The notes under the pieces were generated by a model, which saw only the letters and a list, made by a program, of their open reading frames with translations, ran no database searches and was not told the origin of the DNA. A stretch of 64,000 bases of DNA from Candidatus Latescibacterota bacterium (lineage in GTDB: Bacteria; Latescibacterota; UBA2968; UBA8231): NCBI GenBank assembly GCA_965206595.1, contig OZ242214.1, forward strand, positions 5,952,001 through 6,016,000. Direction: 5' to 3'. How positions within the stretch are numbered: position 1 is the stretch's first letter; every line of letters starts with the position of its first letter. The position numbers were made by a program, and so were the translations under genes. Below, piece by piece: positions 21,397 to 31,241 of the stretch.

Positions 21397-23145
21397 CTAT
21401 TCCAGATAGAAGAGAATCTCGTCGAGTTCCTGCCTGCAGGCAGCGACCTTTTCCGCCTGCCCTTCCCTCAGGGCATCGCGCAGATCCTCCATGAGATTGA
21501 CGATCTCTTCGCGATCCTGGGCCGGGGAGGTATCGAGCACTTTTTCAGCTCGTTCCAGGGTGTCCTTGACCTCATCGGGCACCTCGACGCCGGCCTCCTC
21601 CCCGGGTGTGGCTTCCTCTACCCCCCAGAGTGCCTCGACCCGCTTCCTGGACGCGCTGAGTTCTTCTTCAGTGGAACGCCCCATGGCGTCTTCCACTACA
21701 CCGTGGATTTCCCGGCCGGTCGCCCGTTCGACGGCGTGAATTTCCAGGAGGCCGTCGAGATCCAGACTGTAGGTAAAGAGAATCCCCTGCTCCTGGGCGC
21801 CTTTCTGCTGGTTCAAATCGCCAAAGTGGAAGGTGCCGATCTCCACGTTCTTCAAGGCGTCCGGATCTTCTCCCTGGTAGACCTTGATCTCCACGTTTTC
21901 CTGATGTTCGTGCATGGTGAAGAATACTTCCGTCCGGGTAGCCGGGAGTCTGGCGTTGCGCCGGATGAGGGGAATGAACTGGTGAGCGTAAGGCATACCG
22001 TAGAGTTCCCCGACGGCACTGGTGCCGAAAGTATAGGGCGTGATATCGACGAGGACGGCCTGCACCTCCTGCCCCATCTCGATCCCCGCCTGCACCGCAG
22101 CCCCCAGCGCCACGCACAGATCCGGGTCCACGCCGCCGTGCGGCTCCTGCCCGAGTCGCTCCGAAAGGAGTTGGACAATGCGCGGAATGCGGGTCGAACC
22201 TCCCACCAGCAGAATGCGGTCGAGCTGGCTCGGGCGCACATCGGCGTCGTTGAGCGCCGTAGTAACAGCCTGCATGGTGCGGGCCAGCGGTTCTTCCAGC
22301 GCGCGTTCAAAGTCGTCGCGGCTCAGTTCGCAGGAAAGATGCAGGGCCTCGCCGTCGACCGAAGCGACGTGGTCTTCCTCCACGCAGGCGTACGGCTGAT
22401 GGGAGAGTTCGATTTTGGCTCTTTCCGCCGCCTGCCGCAGCCGCGCCTGCAAAAGCCGGTTCCGGCGGCTGTCCGCAAGGCCCAGTTCGGTTTCGACGTG
22501 GGTGTTGAGGCGCTCGAGGAGGACCTGGTCGAAATCGTCCCCCCCCAGGTGGTTGTCCCCGGTGGAAGCCAAGACCTCAACCACCCCTGCTTCCATGCTA
22601 ACCACCGAGACGTCGAAGGTGCCCCCGCCCAGATCGTACACGAGGATTTTGCGGTGTCCCTCGCTGCTGCTTTCGTAACTTAGCGCAGCGGCCGTAGGCT
22701 CGTTGATAATCCGCACCACCTCCAGGCCGGCGAGATCGCCGGCTTCCCGGGTGGCCTGCCGCTGGGCATCGGTGAAATAGGCCGGTACCGTGATGACGGC
22801 CTTGGACACGGGCCGGCCCAGGGCCGAGCTCGCCCGCTCTTTGAGCGCCTTGAGGATAAAGGCGGAAATCTCCTGCGGCCTGTATTCCTCCGCTCCCATC
22901 GGCACCTTGGTCTCGGAACCCATGAGGCGCTTGATGGAAAGCACCGTGCGCTCAGGGGCGACCGCGTACTGATTGCGGGCCTGGTGCCCGATGACGACCT
23001 GCCCCGTCTCATCGAGCCCCACACAGGAAGGGAGAATCGCTTCATCTCCCTCCCGGACGATCCGGGGCGTCCCCCCGGAAATAATCGCCACTTCCGAGTT
23101 GGTCGTGCCCAGGTCGATACCGATGACCGGTTCCATGGAAATCAC
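21397..23145 (-). CDS. Hsp70-family chaperone (non-canonical DnaK paralog, short lid)
   Basis: GIDLGTTNS, TVPAYF, INEPTAAAL, DLGGGTFD, VGGSTRIP. Confidence 0.95.
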   Translation of the reverse strand: MISMEPVIGIDLGTTNSEVAIISGGTPRIVREGDEAILPSCVGLDETGQVVIGHQARNQYAVAPERTVLSIKRLMGSETKVPMGAEEYRPQEISAFILKALKERASSALGRPVSKAVITVPAYFTDAQRQATREAGDLAGLEVVRIINEPTAAALSYESSSEGHRKILVYDLGGGTFDVSVVSMEAGVVEVLASTGDNHLGGDDFDQVLLERLNTHVETELGLADSRRNRLLQARLRQAAERAKIELSHQPYACVEEDHVASVDGEALHLSCELSRDDFERALEEPLARTMQAVTTALNDADVRPSQLDRILLVGGSTRIPRIVQLLSERLGQEPHGGVDPDLCVALGAAVQAGIEMGQEVQAVLVDITPYTFGTSAVGELYGMPYAHQFIPLIRRNARLPATRTEVFFTMHEHQENVEIKVYQGEDPDALKNVEIGTFHFGDLNQQKGAQEQGILFTYSLDLDGLLEIHAVERATGREIHGVVEDAMGRSTEEELSASRKRVEALWGVEEATPGEEAGVEVPDEVKDTLERAEKVLDTSPAQDREEIVNLMEDLRDALREGQAEKVAACRQELDEILFYLE

Positions 23146-23807
23146 TCCTTCGGGTCGAGACGGTTGACGGCTACCTCGGCCAGGCGAAGCACCTGGCCGT
23201 CTCGCGTAAAACCGCTGAGAAACTCCTCGACGACCACCTTGTCGGCGAGTTGCGCGACCCGGCGCGTCTCCACCGACCGCATGGTGCGGGCATCGAAGGG
23301 ATTCCCTACGGTCGGCAAGAGCTGGACGCCGAAACCGCCCAGCATCCGGTCGAAGCGTCTGAGAGCCAATTCATATCCTTGCACCACCCCGGCAATCCCC
23401 GATGCGCGGCGCCGGAACAGCAGCGGCGGTCGACGCAGTTCGCCTGCCGCCGCCCGGCCTCGCACCAAAGCGTCGCGCACCTCTAAAAAGGGCCGCAGGC
23501 AGCGATCCTCGGCCGCCCTGGCGACGCGCTGCTCGAAGGATGCCAGATCCTCTTCCCGGTGCTGCGCCCAGTCCGCGACCGTTCCGTATAGAGCGCCCGC
23601 CCTGGCCAACTCCCGGCCAACTCTGGCCTGCTCCCGGTTCTGCAGGCGGGTCTCCTGCCGCAGGGCGGCAATTTCTGCGAACAGGTCGCGCAGGTCGCAC
23701 TCGGCGGTTTCCCCGGCAGCCGCTGGAGGGTCCCCGGTCCACTCCTCCAGCCACTGCCCGAAATCCGCCAGCGCCTGTTGCTTCCAGTCGTCGCCCGGCC
23801 TACCCAT
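23142..23807 (-). CDS. GrpE-like nucleotide exchange factor
   Basis: Coiled coil, then VGNPFD...VVEEFLSGFTRDGQVLRLAEVAVN. Confidence 0.8.
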   Translation of the reverse strand: MGRPGDDWKQQALADFGQWLEEWTGDPPAAAGETAECDLRDLFAEIAALRQETRLQNREQARVGRELARAGALYGTVADWAQHREEDLASFEQRVARAAEDRCLRPFLEVRDALVRGRAAAGELRRPPLLFRRRASGIAGVVQGYELALRRFDRMLGGFGVQLLPTVGNPFDARTMRSVETRRVAQLADKVVVEEFLSGFTRDGQVLRLAEVAVNRLDPKE

Positions 23808-24126
23808 CGTTGCCGTTGCCTTTCACCGAAGCCTTGCCCTCCGCCGCAAGGAGCGTTTTCAAGCCCGGTGTCTTGCGCCCGCCCGCCCGCGCCTGGACCA
23901 ATGCCTCGAGAGCGAGTTCAAATTCGCCGTACCGGGCCATCCCGAAGATGGCGGTTTCCACTCGCGAGCGGTCGTCCTTCAAGGCGTCGTATGCGGCGGC
24001 AATTTGCTGGAAGCGCTGCGGATTCCGACCGGGTGGATGGGTGCGGACCAGCTGCAAATAGCGCTGGCGAATCTCTGCCTGGGAGGCGGTCGGAGAAAGC
24101 CCCAGGACCAGGTAATGAGCCAGCAT
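23800..24126 (-). CDS. Small J-domain-like protein lacking HPD
   Basis: HYLVLGLSPTASQAEIRQRYLQLVRTHPPG...FQQIAAAYDAL. Confidence 0.8.
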   Translation of the reverse strand: MLAHYLVLGLSPTASQAEIRQRYLQLVRTHPPGRNPQRFQQIAAAYDALKDDRSRVETAIFGMARYGEFELALEALVQARAGGRKTPGLKTLLAAEGKASVKGNGNDG

Positions 24127-24146
24127 GTCTCAGCTCCTCAACGAGG

Positions 24147-26780
24147 TCACTTCTTTTTTCGGGCGAAGAGCAGAAAGTACACTTCCGGCGACAGCGAGTC
24201 GCTCAGATTCTCTGCCTCGCACTCGCCGGCTATCCGTTCCAGGTCTCGCCGCGTCTCAGGACTGGATCTGAAGTCGCCGGCAAATTCCTTGAGTGCGGAC
24301 AGGGGGGCTCCTCGCAGGTTGTTTTCCTCGATGATGTCTTCCAGCTCGAACAGTTCTTCTTCTATACGGCGGCCGCCCGGATCCGGAAACGCCGGAGCCC
24401 CGGCCCCGTCGCTGAGCGGCCCGCCGAGGAGGTCCAGCGGAAACCCACCCCCGAACAGGGCCAGGGGCAAGTCGAGCAGGTCAAAGCGGAACTCCTGCAG
24501 GGCCTTCCGCAAGGGGGCGTCCACGTGGCCGGCGAGCCGCGCCGCAGCCGCCCGCAGCCGCGTCTGGTCGGCGGCGTCGGCCGCGTCGAGGACTTCCTTA
24601 AAGCGCCTCGAATCGCAGTCCTGGCCCTCCTGGTAGCGAATTACCGCCAGGTAGAACAGCAGCAGCCGGTCGCGCCGGCCCTTTTTGCGGCCCCGCAGGC
24701 GGCGGTCTATTTCGGCGCGGACCGGAGCGAGCTCGTCGCAGGCCATCAGGATATCGAAAAAGGCCAGCAGGACCTCCCCTTCGAGGCGCTCCATGAGTGC
24801 CGGCCACCAGTCGGCGAGGACCGGAGCCGTCTGCAGGCGTTCGTAGAGGATGCGGAAGTCAGCCGGCAAAGGGGCGATGAGCTCGAGAATCTCGTCGGGG
24901 CCGAGTTGATCAAAGGCGGTTGCTTGCCGGCCGAGCAACGGTTTAAGGGCACCCTCCATCTCGGGCCGGACGTTTTTGGTATGGCTGTTTTCCGCCAGAT
25001 CGTGGAGCAGCAGGGCCAACGTTCTGAGCCGGGCACCGGGCGGCAGGCACTCCAGGCGGGGAGCGACGACCTCGGCGGCGTCCCGGCCGGCCGATACGAC
25101 CGCCAGAAGAAGACCCTTCACCCGCAAGACCAACGCCAGCCGCGGACGCTCCAGGTGCTCAGCGCGCTGGAGGTCCCGGGCGGCCAACTCAAACCTTCCG
25201 CGCTTGCGGCTCTGATCGGCGGATTTGAGGAAGCCGATGGCCTGCATATCCAGAAGACGCTCGTCGTGGGGAGCGCGCCTGAGGCCCTCGGCAAGGGCCT
25301 TTTCGGCGCGCCGGTACGCGTTCCTGGCATAGTGGAGGGCAGCCAGTTCCAGGTAGGGGTCCGGATCGTCCGGGAAGCGGGCGGCCATGTCGCCCAAGGT
25401 CTTTTCGAACCTGGACCGGTACTCGGGGTGGCCCCGCAGCAGACCGAGGAGAAAGCGATAGCCTTCGCGGTTGCCGGGATCGGCCGCAAGACTGGCCGTC
25501 ATCAACTGGGCCAACAACATCCGGGGATCTTCGAGCGGTTCGTCCAGCAAGGCCGCGAGACACTCTACCGCTTCCGAACGCAGGCGGTGTGGCTGAAGAC
25601 CGACCTTGTGAGCGGTCCGGGCGAGGACCTCCAGCACGCGGCCCCGGGCAAGGGCCCGGTCCGGAGCATGGGGAAACTCCACCAGCAGCTGGTCGAGATA
25701 CACGGCAGCCGGCGCCGGATCCCACAAGTGGGGTTCCATCTGCTGGATCAGCAAGCCAATCTGGGCGGTGACCCCAGCCGCCCGCTCATCCGAAAGGAGC
25801 CGGCTGGCCAGGCCGGAGAAGATCCTGACGGGCACTTTGTTCTGCGGAACGGCCAGACCAACGACCTGCAGCAGGGCAATCCGAGCCTGGAGAGGCTCTT
25901 CGGGGTAAAGGGCAGCGGCCAGACCGGGAATAATCCGTTCTATCTCGCGCAGACGCCCTTTGTGAATCGCCTGGCCCAGTTGGTCGGCAAGGGCCGCGCT
26001 GTCCGTCCCCAGGGCATGCTGCACTGCCGCCGGCCCGCCGACGCCTTCGCCGGTACAAAGACGTCTCCATTCGGCGACTGTGTGCGGCAGGGCAAAATCG
26101 GCCGGCAAAAGGTCGAGAATCCGGCGCAACCCCTCGTTGTCGCCGTTGCCGAAACAGACCATGGCCTTGCAGAACAGACGCCAGGCAGCAAACGGGGAGC
26201 GCCGGCTGATTCCTTGCAGCAGGCCGCCGGCCCGCTCCCAGTCCCCGGCGTCCATGGCTTCAAGGCTCTCCTGGACTGGAGCGGTGTCCCGCCGCAGGGG
26301 GTGATCCGCGGCAAGGACTTCGAGGCCCTGCCAGCACCGTTGGATCACGAGCAGATCCGCCAGCATCCGCTCGACCTGGAGAATGGGCGGCAATGGGGTC
26401 TGCAGATAGTCCGCATAATCCGCCAGTACTTCCGCCCCGTCTGCGTGGCGGAAGTACTGCACCAAGTCTTCTTCGGCCAGCTGCTGGAAGGAAATGGAGG
26501 TTCGGTACTGGGCAGCACCTGCCCGCATCGCACCGGCTTCCTTGGCCAGGCCCTTTTGCGCCAACTGACGGGCGCGTTGCTTGCAGGCGCAAAAAAGCAA
26601 CAGCGGCAGTTCCTCCATCGCAGGGTCGCCGTGCTGGGCATGCCTGAGCAGGTCGAGGGCTCTGCGTCCATCCCCCTCGGTCAAAGTCTGCCGGGCCTGC
26701 GCCAACAGATCCCTGGGCGGAACGCGCCTTTGTTTCAGCCGTTTCCGCTTTCGATCTCTGCGGCTGTGCATACCGGGCAT
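24147..26780 (-). CDS. Large alpha-helical TPR-like protein
   Basis: 877 aa, TPR-like segments (FPDDPDPYLELAALHY...ALAEGLRRAPHD), basic N-terminus. Confidence 0.7.
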   Translation of the reverse strand: MPGMHSRRDRKRKRLKQRRVPPRDLLAQARQTLTEGDGRRALDLLRHAQHGDPAMEELPLLLFCACKQRARQLAQKGLAKEAGAMRAGAAQYRTSISFQQLAEEDLVQYFRHADGAEVLADYADYLQTPLPPILQVERMLADLLVIQRCWQGLEVLAADHPLRRDTAPVQESLEAMDAGDWERAGGLLQGISRRSPFAAWRLFCKAMVCFGNGDNEGLRRILDLLPADFALPHTVAEWRRLCTGEGVGGPAAVQHALGTDSAALADQLGQAIHKGRLREIERIIPGLAAALYPEEPLQARIALLQVVGLAVPQNKVPVRIFSGLASRLLSDERAAGVTAQIGLLIQQMEPHLWDPAPAAVYLDQLLVEFPHAPDRALARGRVLEVLARTAHKVGLQPHRLRSEAVECLAALLDEPLEDPRMLLAQLMTASLAADPGNREGYRFLLGLLRGHPEYRSRFEKTLGDMAARFPDDPDPYLELAALHYARNAYRRAEKALAEGLRRAPHDERLLDMQAIGFLKSADQSRKRGRFELAARDLQRAEHLERPRLALVLRVKGLLLAVVSAGRDAAEVVAPRLECLPPGARLRTLALLLHDLAENSHTKNVRPEMEGALKPLLGRQATAFDQLGPDEILELIAPLPADFRILYERLQTAPVLADWWPALMERLEGEVLLAFFDILMACDELAPVRAEIDRRLRGRKKGRRDRLLLFYLAVIRYQEGQDCDSRRFKEVLDAADAADQTRLRAAAARLAGHVDAPLRKALQEFRFDLLDLPLALFGGGFPLDLLGGPLSDGAGAPAFPDPGGRRIEEELFELEDIIEENNLRGAPLSALKEFAGDFRSSPETRRDLERIAGECEAENLSDSLSPEVYFLLFARKKK

Positions 26781-27075
26781 TTTACCTCGTCCGCTGGCCG
26801 ATCCGGCTCTCCCTGGGCCGCTCGCGATGCACCATCCCGGCCAGCTGGGGCGCTGCTCGTAGAGACTGGAGGGCCACGGTCGGCATCACCGCACTCGGCT
26901 CCGGGTCCATTGATCAACTCTGTTGTCGAGCAGTCCAGAGAATGGGGTCCACCTCGATCAGGATATCGTACCACTTGCCAGGTTCCATCTCAAGCCCGGT
27001 CCCTGTCCTCCATCCGCCACCGGCCACAGGGCAGTAACGGACCGCATGACGCGAGTGTCGATTACACGGATATCC

Positions 27076-28317
27076 TCATCGGGCGGCCTCCGCCAGGTTC
27101 AGGCAGGCGATTTCCTGTTCGTCGCGGAGGTAGAGACGGCCGCCGGCGAGTGTGGGTACCGTCCAACAGCGGCCGTTGAAAGCGGGATAGCCGGCCTTTT
27201 CGACGAAGCCTTCGGGCGTGGCCTCGGCCAGGCCGAGATTGCCGCCTTCACCCAGGATGACGAGGTGGCCGTCGGCGACGATCAAAGTGCCCTTGCCGTA
27301 GCCCCGGGTCTTCCACTTTTCCGCGCCGGTCCCGGCGTCGATGCACTTGAGGATCGAGCCGTCAAAACCGTAGAGGTGGCCCTGGTAGTAGATGGAGGTG
27401 GCGAAGTGATTTTTCATTTCCGTATTGCGCCAGATCTCCTTCACACTATAGCCGCTGTCTGCGACGGAGACCTCCACCACGGTGCCGCCCGTGCCGTAGC
27501 CGGAGGAGATAAAGAAGCGGTTGGGTGGTATGAAAACCGGGGTGGCGGCGTTGACGTCGTGGCTGGTCGTCCAGGGGTGGTTCCACAGCACCTGGCCGTT
27601 TTGCGGCGCGACCGAGAGCAGCCCGGAGCCGGTGAAAAACACCGCCTGGCGCGTTTGGCCGACGGTGACGGCGATGGGAGAGGAGTAGCCCAGCTTGTCG
27701 CTGCCGGTGGTCCAGGCGACGTCGCCGCTTGTTTTGTCAAAGGCTATCAGCGAATGACCGCCATTACCGCCGGCTTCGATCAGGACCAGGTTTCCGGCGA
27801 CCAGAGGCGACGGGCAAAAGCCCCAGCGGGCCCTCTTGCTGCCGTATTCGCGCACCAGGTCGCGGCTCCATTTTTGAGAACCGGTCCGGCTGTCGAGGGC
27901 GTAGAGCTTGCCGTAGGCGCTGGAGACATAGACCGTCCCGTCGTCCACGGTGGGGGTGGCACGAGGACCGTCGCCGCCCTGCCGTTCCATTAACAAACTG
28001 TCGGTGCGGGTGCGCCACAGCACTGCGCCGTTGCCGGCGTCGAGACAGGCCGCGTATTCATCCCCGCCGTGGATGTACATCGTATAGATGCGATTGCCGG
28101 CTACGGAAAGCCCGGAAAAACCCTTCCCCCCTTGAACGCGCCAGGCCTGATTCAACGACAGCTTGTCGCCGAACAGGCCGGTCTCCGGCGAAATGCCGTT
28201 GCGGTCGGGGCCGAGCCATTGCGGCCAGCCTGCCGATTGCCAGCGCGACCAATCCTGGGCCAAGGTTGGAAAGGCGCATAAAAAGAGGGTCAGGGCCACT
28301 CCCAAAATCTTCTTCAT
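27076..28317 (-). CDS. PQQ-like beta-propeller (BamB-like) secreted protein
   Basis: Signal peptide MKKILG..., WPQWLGPDRNG, repeated ALD..TG...W. Confidence 0.85.
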   Translation of the reverse strand: MKKILGVALTLFLCAFPTLAQDWSRWQSAGWPQWLGPDRNGISPETGLFGDKLSLNQAWRVQGGKGFSGLSVAGNRIYTMYIHGGDEYAACLDAGNGAVLWRTRTDSLLMERQGGDGPRATPTVDDGTVYVSSAYGKLYALDSRTGSQKWSRDLVREYGSKRARWGFCPSPLVAGNLVLIEAGGNGGHSLIAFDKTSGDVAWTTGSDKLGYSSPIAVTVGQTRQAVFFTGSGLLSVAPQNGQVLWNHPWTTSHDVNAATPVFIPPNRFFISSGYGTGGTVVEVSVADSGYSVKEIWRNTEMKNHFATSIYYQGHLYGFDGSILKCIDAGTGAEKWKTRGYGKGTLIVADGHLVILGEGGNLGLAEATPEGFVEKAGYPAFNGRCWTVPTLAGGRLYLRDEQEIACLNLAEAAR

Positions 28318-28392
28318 TGGGCAGCTCCTTTGCCGTTGCGGATGGAGGTTGAAATTCGGTCGGGCGCGATGAACAGGAGTCGCCGCGCTGAT

Positions 28393-28426
28393 GTACAGGT
28401 AAAATAAGGCACCTTTTCGGGCTCTC
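28393..28426 (-). repeat. IS91-type oriIS-like end, orphan copy
   Basis: Reverse strand AAAAGGTGCCTTATTTTACCTGTAC, similar to 63065-63090. Confidence 0.55.
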
Positions 28427-28514
28427 TGCTCCTCGCGCATAGCCTTGACGGGACGCAAAAAAACGCGGAGCAGACGAGCTGCTCCGCGTCGTGAAGGAAA
28501 ACAGGAATCGGTGC

Positions 28515-29089
28515 TTACCCCCGGCCGCGCCAGCCTTTGCCGCCGCCGTAGAAGGCATCGTCCTTCATCTCTTCGAGCTTTTCGCGCTGTTCATCGGTCA
28601 AGACGTTTTCCAGGGCCGTGCGTTGCTTTTGGCGCGTTTCGCGTATCTCTGCGCGGTGCTCTGTGCGCAATTCCTCGAGCTGTTCCTTCTGCTCGTCGGT
28701 CAGGTCCAGCTTTGAAAACGCGCCCTTACCGTCGCGCTCTGCGCGGTAACGACCCTTACCGCCGCGCCGGTCGAAAAACTTGCCACGCTTGCCGCGCATT
28801 TCTTTCAGGGTTTCCTGCTGCTCCTCGGTCAAAAGGTTCATAACCGCTTGGCGCTGCTCCTTGCCCATGGTGGCCATGGTCTCGCGCTGCCCGCGCATGG
28901 CTTCGCGGTGCTCCTTGCGCAACGCTTGCAACTGCTCCTTCTGCGCGTCGGTCAGGTCGAGACGCCCCAGCATCCACGGCGGGGCTGCCTGTGCTCCCGC
29001 ATCTTTCCTCCGTGTTCGGCTACGGCCACGGTGCCCAGCGCCCCGAGTGCCAGCGCGACGCCGGCTGAGATGATCCATTTCCTTTTCAC
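28515..29089 (-). pseudogene. Spy/CpxP-family periplasmic chaperone, frameshift near 28985
   Basis: Four LTxxQ motifs; signal peptide MKRKWIISAGVALAL... from GTG 29089 in another frame. Confidence 0.75.
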
Positions 29090-29194
29090 TTTTCTTTCTC
29101 CGCGTCAAGCGTCAGTTGGGTTTACCGCCTTGGTCGGCGGCTCGTGAGAGATGGCCATTTCTCTTCTCCACGCCCTATTAGACAACCGATTGAT

Positions 29195-29250
29195 GCAATT
29201 CATTACAACGCAGCTTCATTACAACGCAGCTTCATTTTTGCAGCTTCATT
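29195..29250. repeat. Short tandem repeat upstream of the Spy-like gene
   Basis: TTCATTACAACGCAGC x2, then degenerate GCAGCTTCATT copies. Confidence 0.7.
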
Positions 29251-29579
29251 TTTTTTGTGGTGCCGTCGATTGAGGCTGACCCGGCCATGTCCTTCGTCAC
29301 CCGCCCGGCTCTGGAGCCCGTCCTTCGCCCCGCCCGACGGCTCGACTTCCTCCGCCCACGCCGACAGCCCGCTCGTGCCGTGCCGCAGGTCTTCAGCGTT
29401 GGCCCGGCATCTCCGACCCCGAACTCTCGCCCGACAGCAAGGCCACCGCCCACTCGAGAGCCTTGCCCGCGACCTGGACGTCGTCGACGGCTTCGGGCGG
29501 CGGCTCGCTCCGCCGCGGAAGGTCTTGGTCTGCCGGGTGCTTCCCCGTCTGGTCGATGGAGCTCACGTCGAGTCCGCAC

Positions 29580-29736
29580 AGATTCATTTCCGATGCACCT
29601 CGTGGCTGGCGTGTCCATCGGCTCTCAGGTGACCGGCAGGACGAATGGAGCATTTCGGTATCCGGCTAATTGGCGGATTACCTTCGCAGAAGAGGACGGC
29701 TACATCGACCGCTTGAACTTGGAGGACTACCAATAA
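29580..29736 (+). pseudogene. HigB/RelE-like killer toxin remnant (5'-truncated, frameshifted)
   Basis: WRVHRLSGDRQDEWSISVSG / NWRITF...LEDYQ. Confidence 0.75.
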
Positions 29737-30041
29737 TGGCCACCGACGGCATCACAGTTAACATGACTCCTTCGCATCCAGGTGATTTCATTCGCACGGA
29801 GATCATCGAGGAGTTGGGTCTGAACGTGACAAGGGCAGCCGAGATTCTGGGGGTTCGGCGGGCAACGCTTTCGGATTTACTGAACGGCCACGCCGCGCTG
29901 TCGCCTGAGATGGCACTGCGTATCGAGAAAGCCTTCGGCGTGGGTATGGACATGCTACTGAGGATGCAGGCCTGGTATGAGGCCTCGCAGATGCGCGCTC
30001 GTGAAAGCGAGATCAGCGTCCAGCGCTATGAACCTGTCTGA
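29736..30041 (+). CDS. higA: HigA-family addiction antidote
   Basis: PSHPGDFIRTEII...LSPEMALRIEKAFG. Confidence 0.9.
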   Translation: MATDGITVNMTPSHPGDFIRTEIIEELGLNVTRAAEILGVRRATLSDLLNGHAALSPEMALRIEKAFGVGMDMLLRMQAWYEASQMRARESEISVQRYEPV

Positions 30042-30146
30042 CCGACCTAAGCACCGCATCGCAAAGTAGCACGTTCCGTATAGATCCGATACAGGATTCG
30101 CACCGAGAGGGTCGATTACAGGCAGCGGCCGGGTCGAGGGGTTTGC

Positions 30147-31046
30147 TCACGACGTCAGCGTCCTGACGAAACGGTCCAGGAAGCGCGGCGCATCCACGGC
30201 CACGCACACGTCGGCGTTGGGCTCGGCATCGCTTGCTCGGGCGGGAACCGTCGCCCCGTTGAGGCGCTCGGGTCTCGTCTCCACCCCGATCCGCATGCGC
30301 CGCGTCTCGCAGAAGGTGGGATCGAACACCATGGCGACGGCCAGCGGATCGTGCAGGAGCGGCCGGGGCTCGGGATCGTCACCGCCCCAGAGCTGGATCA
30401 GCTCGAGGCACAGCCGGTTGATCGGGCGGTCGACCGCGCCGATGGCGCGTACCTGGTCGAAGTTCATGCGGCACCGCTCGGTCACGTCCAGGCCGACCAT
30501 CGTGATCGGCACGCCGGCCCCGAACACGATGCGCGCCGCTTCCGGGTCGCACAGCACGTTCCACTCCGGGCGGACGCGATTCGTGCACCCGCCCATGAGG
30601 CAGATCCTGGCCTTGTCGGCCATGCGGGGTTCCAGCGCAAAGGCGCACGCGATGTTCGTCAGCGCGCCGATCGGCACCAGAGTGACGTCGCCGTCGCCGC
30701 TCATGACCGTGTCGACGATGAAGTCGACGGCGCGCGTGTCGGCGGGCGGCGTCGAGGCCGGATACCGTTCGATCGCCTGCATCTGGTGGGGCCGATGCGC
30801 CGCGATCGCTGCCCGGCCCTCGGCGACCGGGTCGAGCAGGGGCTTCCCCAGGCCGGCGTAGACGCCGACGTCGCTGCGCCCCAGCGCCTCCAGCACGGAG
30901 CAGGCAAGCTCGGCCCGGCGGACCGTATCGCGGAACACGGTGGTGACGCCGAGCAGCTCGATCTCCCCGCACATGAGCGCGTACGCCAGTGCCAGCGCGT
31001 CGTCGATGTCGTCCCCGATGTCGGTGTCCAGGATGATCTTGTGCAC
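30147..31046 (-). CDS. Inosine-uridine-preferring nucleoside hydrolase
   Basis: IILDTDIGDDIDDA, IGALTN, EWN...DPEAA, LHDP. Confidence 0.9.
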   Translation of the reverse strand: MHKIILDTDIGDDIDDALALAYALMCGEIELLGVTTVFRDTVRRAELACSVLEALGRSDVGVYAGLGKPLLDPVAEGRAAIAAHRPHQMQAIERYPASTPPADTRAVDFIVDTVMSGDGDVTLVPIGALTNIACAFALEPRMADKARICLMGGCTNRVRPEWNVLCDPEAARIVFGAGVPITMVGLDVTERCRMNFDQVRAIGAVDRPINRLCLELIQLWGGDDPEPRPLLHDPLAVAMVFDPTFCETRRMRIGVETRPERLNGATVPARASDAEPNADVCVAVDAPRFLDRFVRTLTS

Positions 31047-31144
31047 TGCGTGCTCCTCTCCGGCGGGCAAACGTCCAAGGATGGAACTATGTATCAGGTA
31101 AAATAAGGCACCGGTCTTGGACTCTCGGCCAAGGCGCTGAGCGC
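30918..31144 (-). repeat. Direct repeat copy 1: oriIS-like end + nucleoside hydrolase 5' end
   Basis: Diverged match to 38585-38798. Confidence 0.85.
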
Positions 31145-31169
31145 GCCCCCCTGCGTTTCTAAAACACCT

Positions 31170-31205
31170 TTGACATACAACAGGACCGTCGTATGTTTGT
31201 TGTAT
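31170..31205 (+). promoter_or_regulatory. Promoter with inverted-repeat operator for the ATPase pair
   Basis: TTGACA-16bp-TATGTT; ATACAACA...TGTTGTAT. Confidence 0.55.
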
Positions 31206-31241
31206 AAAACAATTCTGCTTTACAACTGGAATGACGTGAAA

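Noticed and set aside
23778-27179. 1133-aa plus-strand ORF and similar long antisense ORFs
   Set aside because: GC-rich shadows of real minus-strand genes; no recognisable motifs
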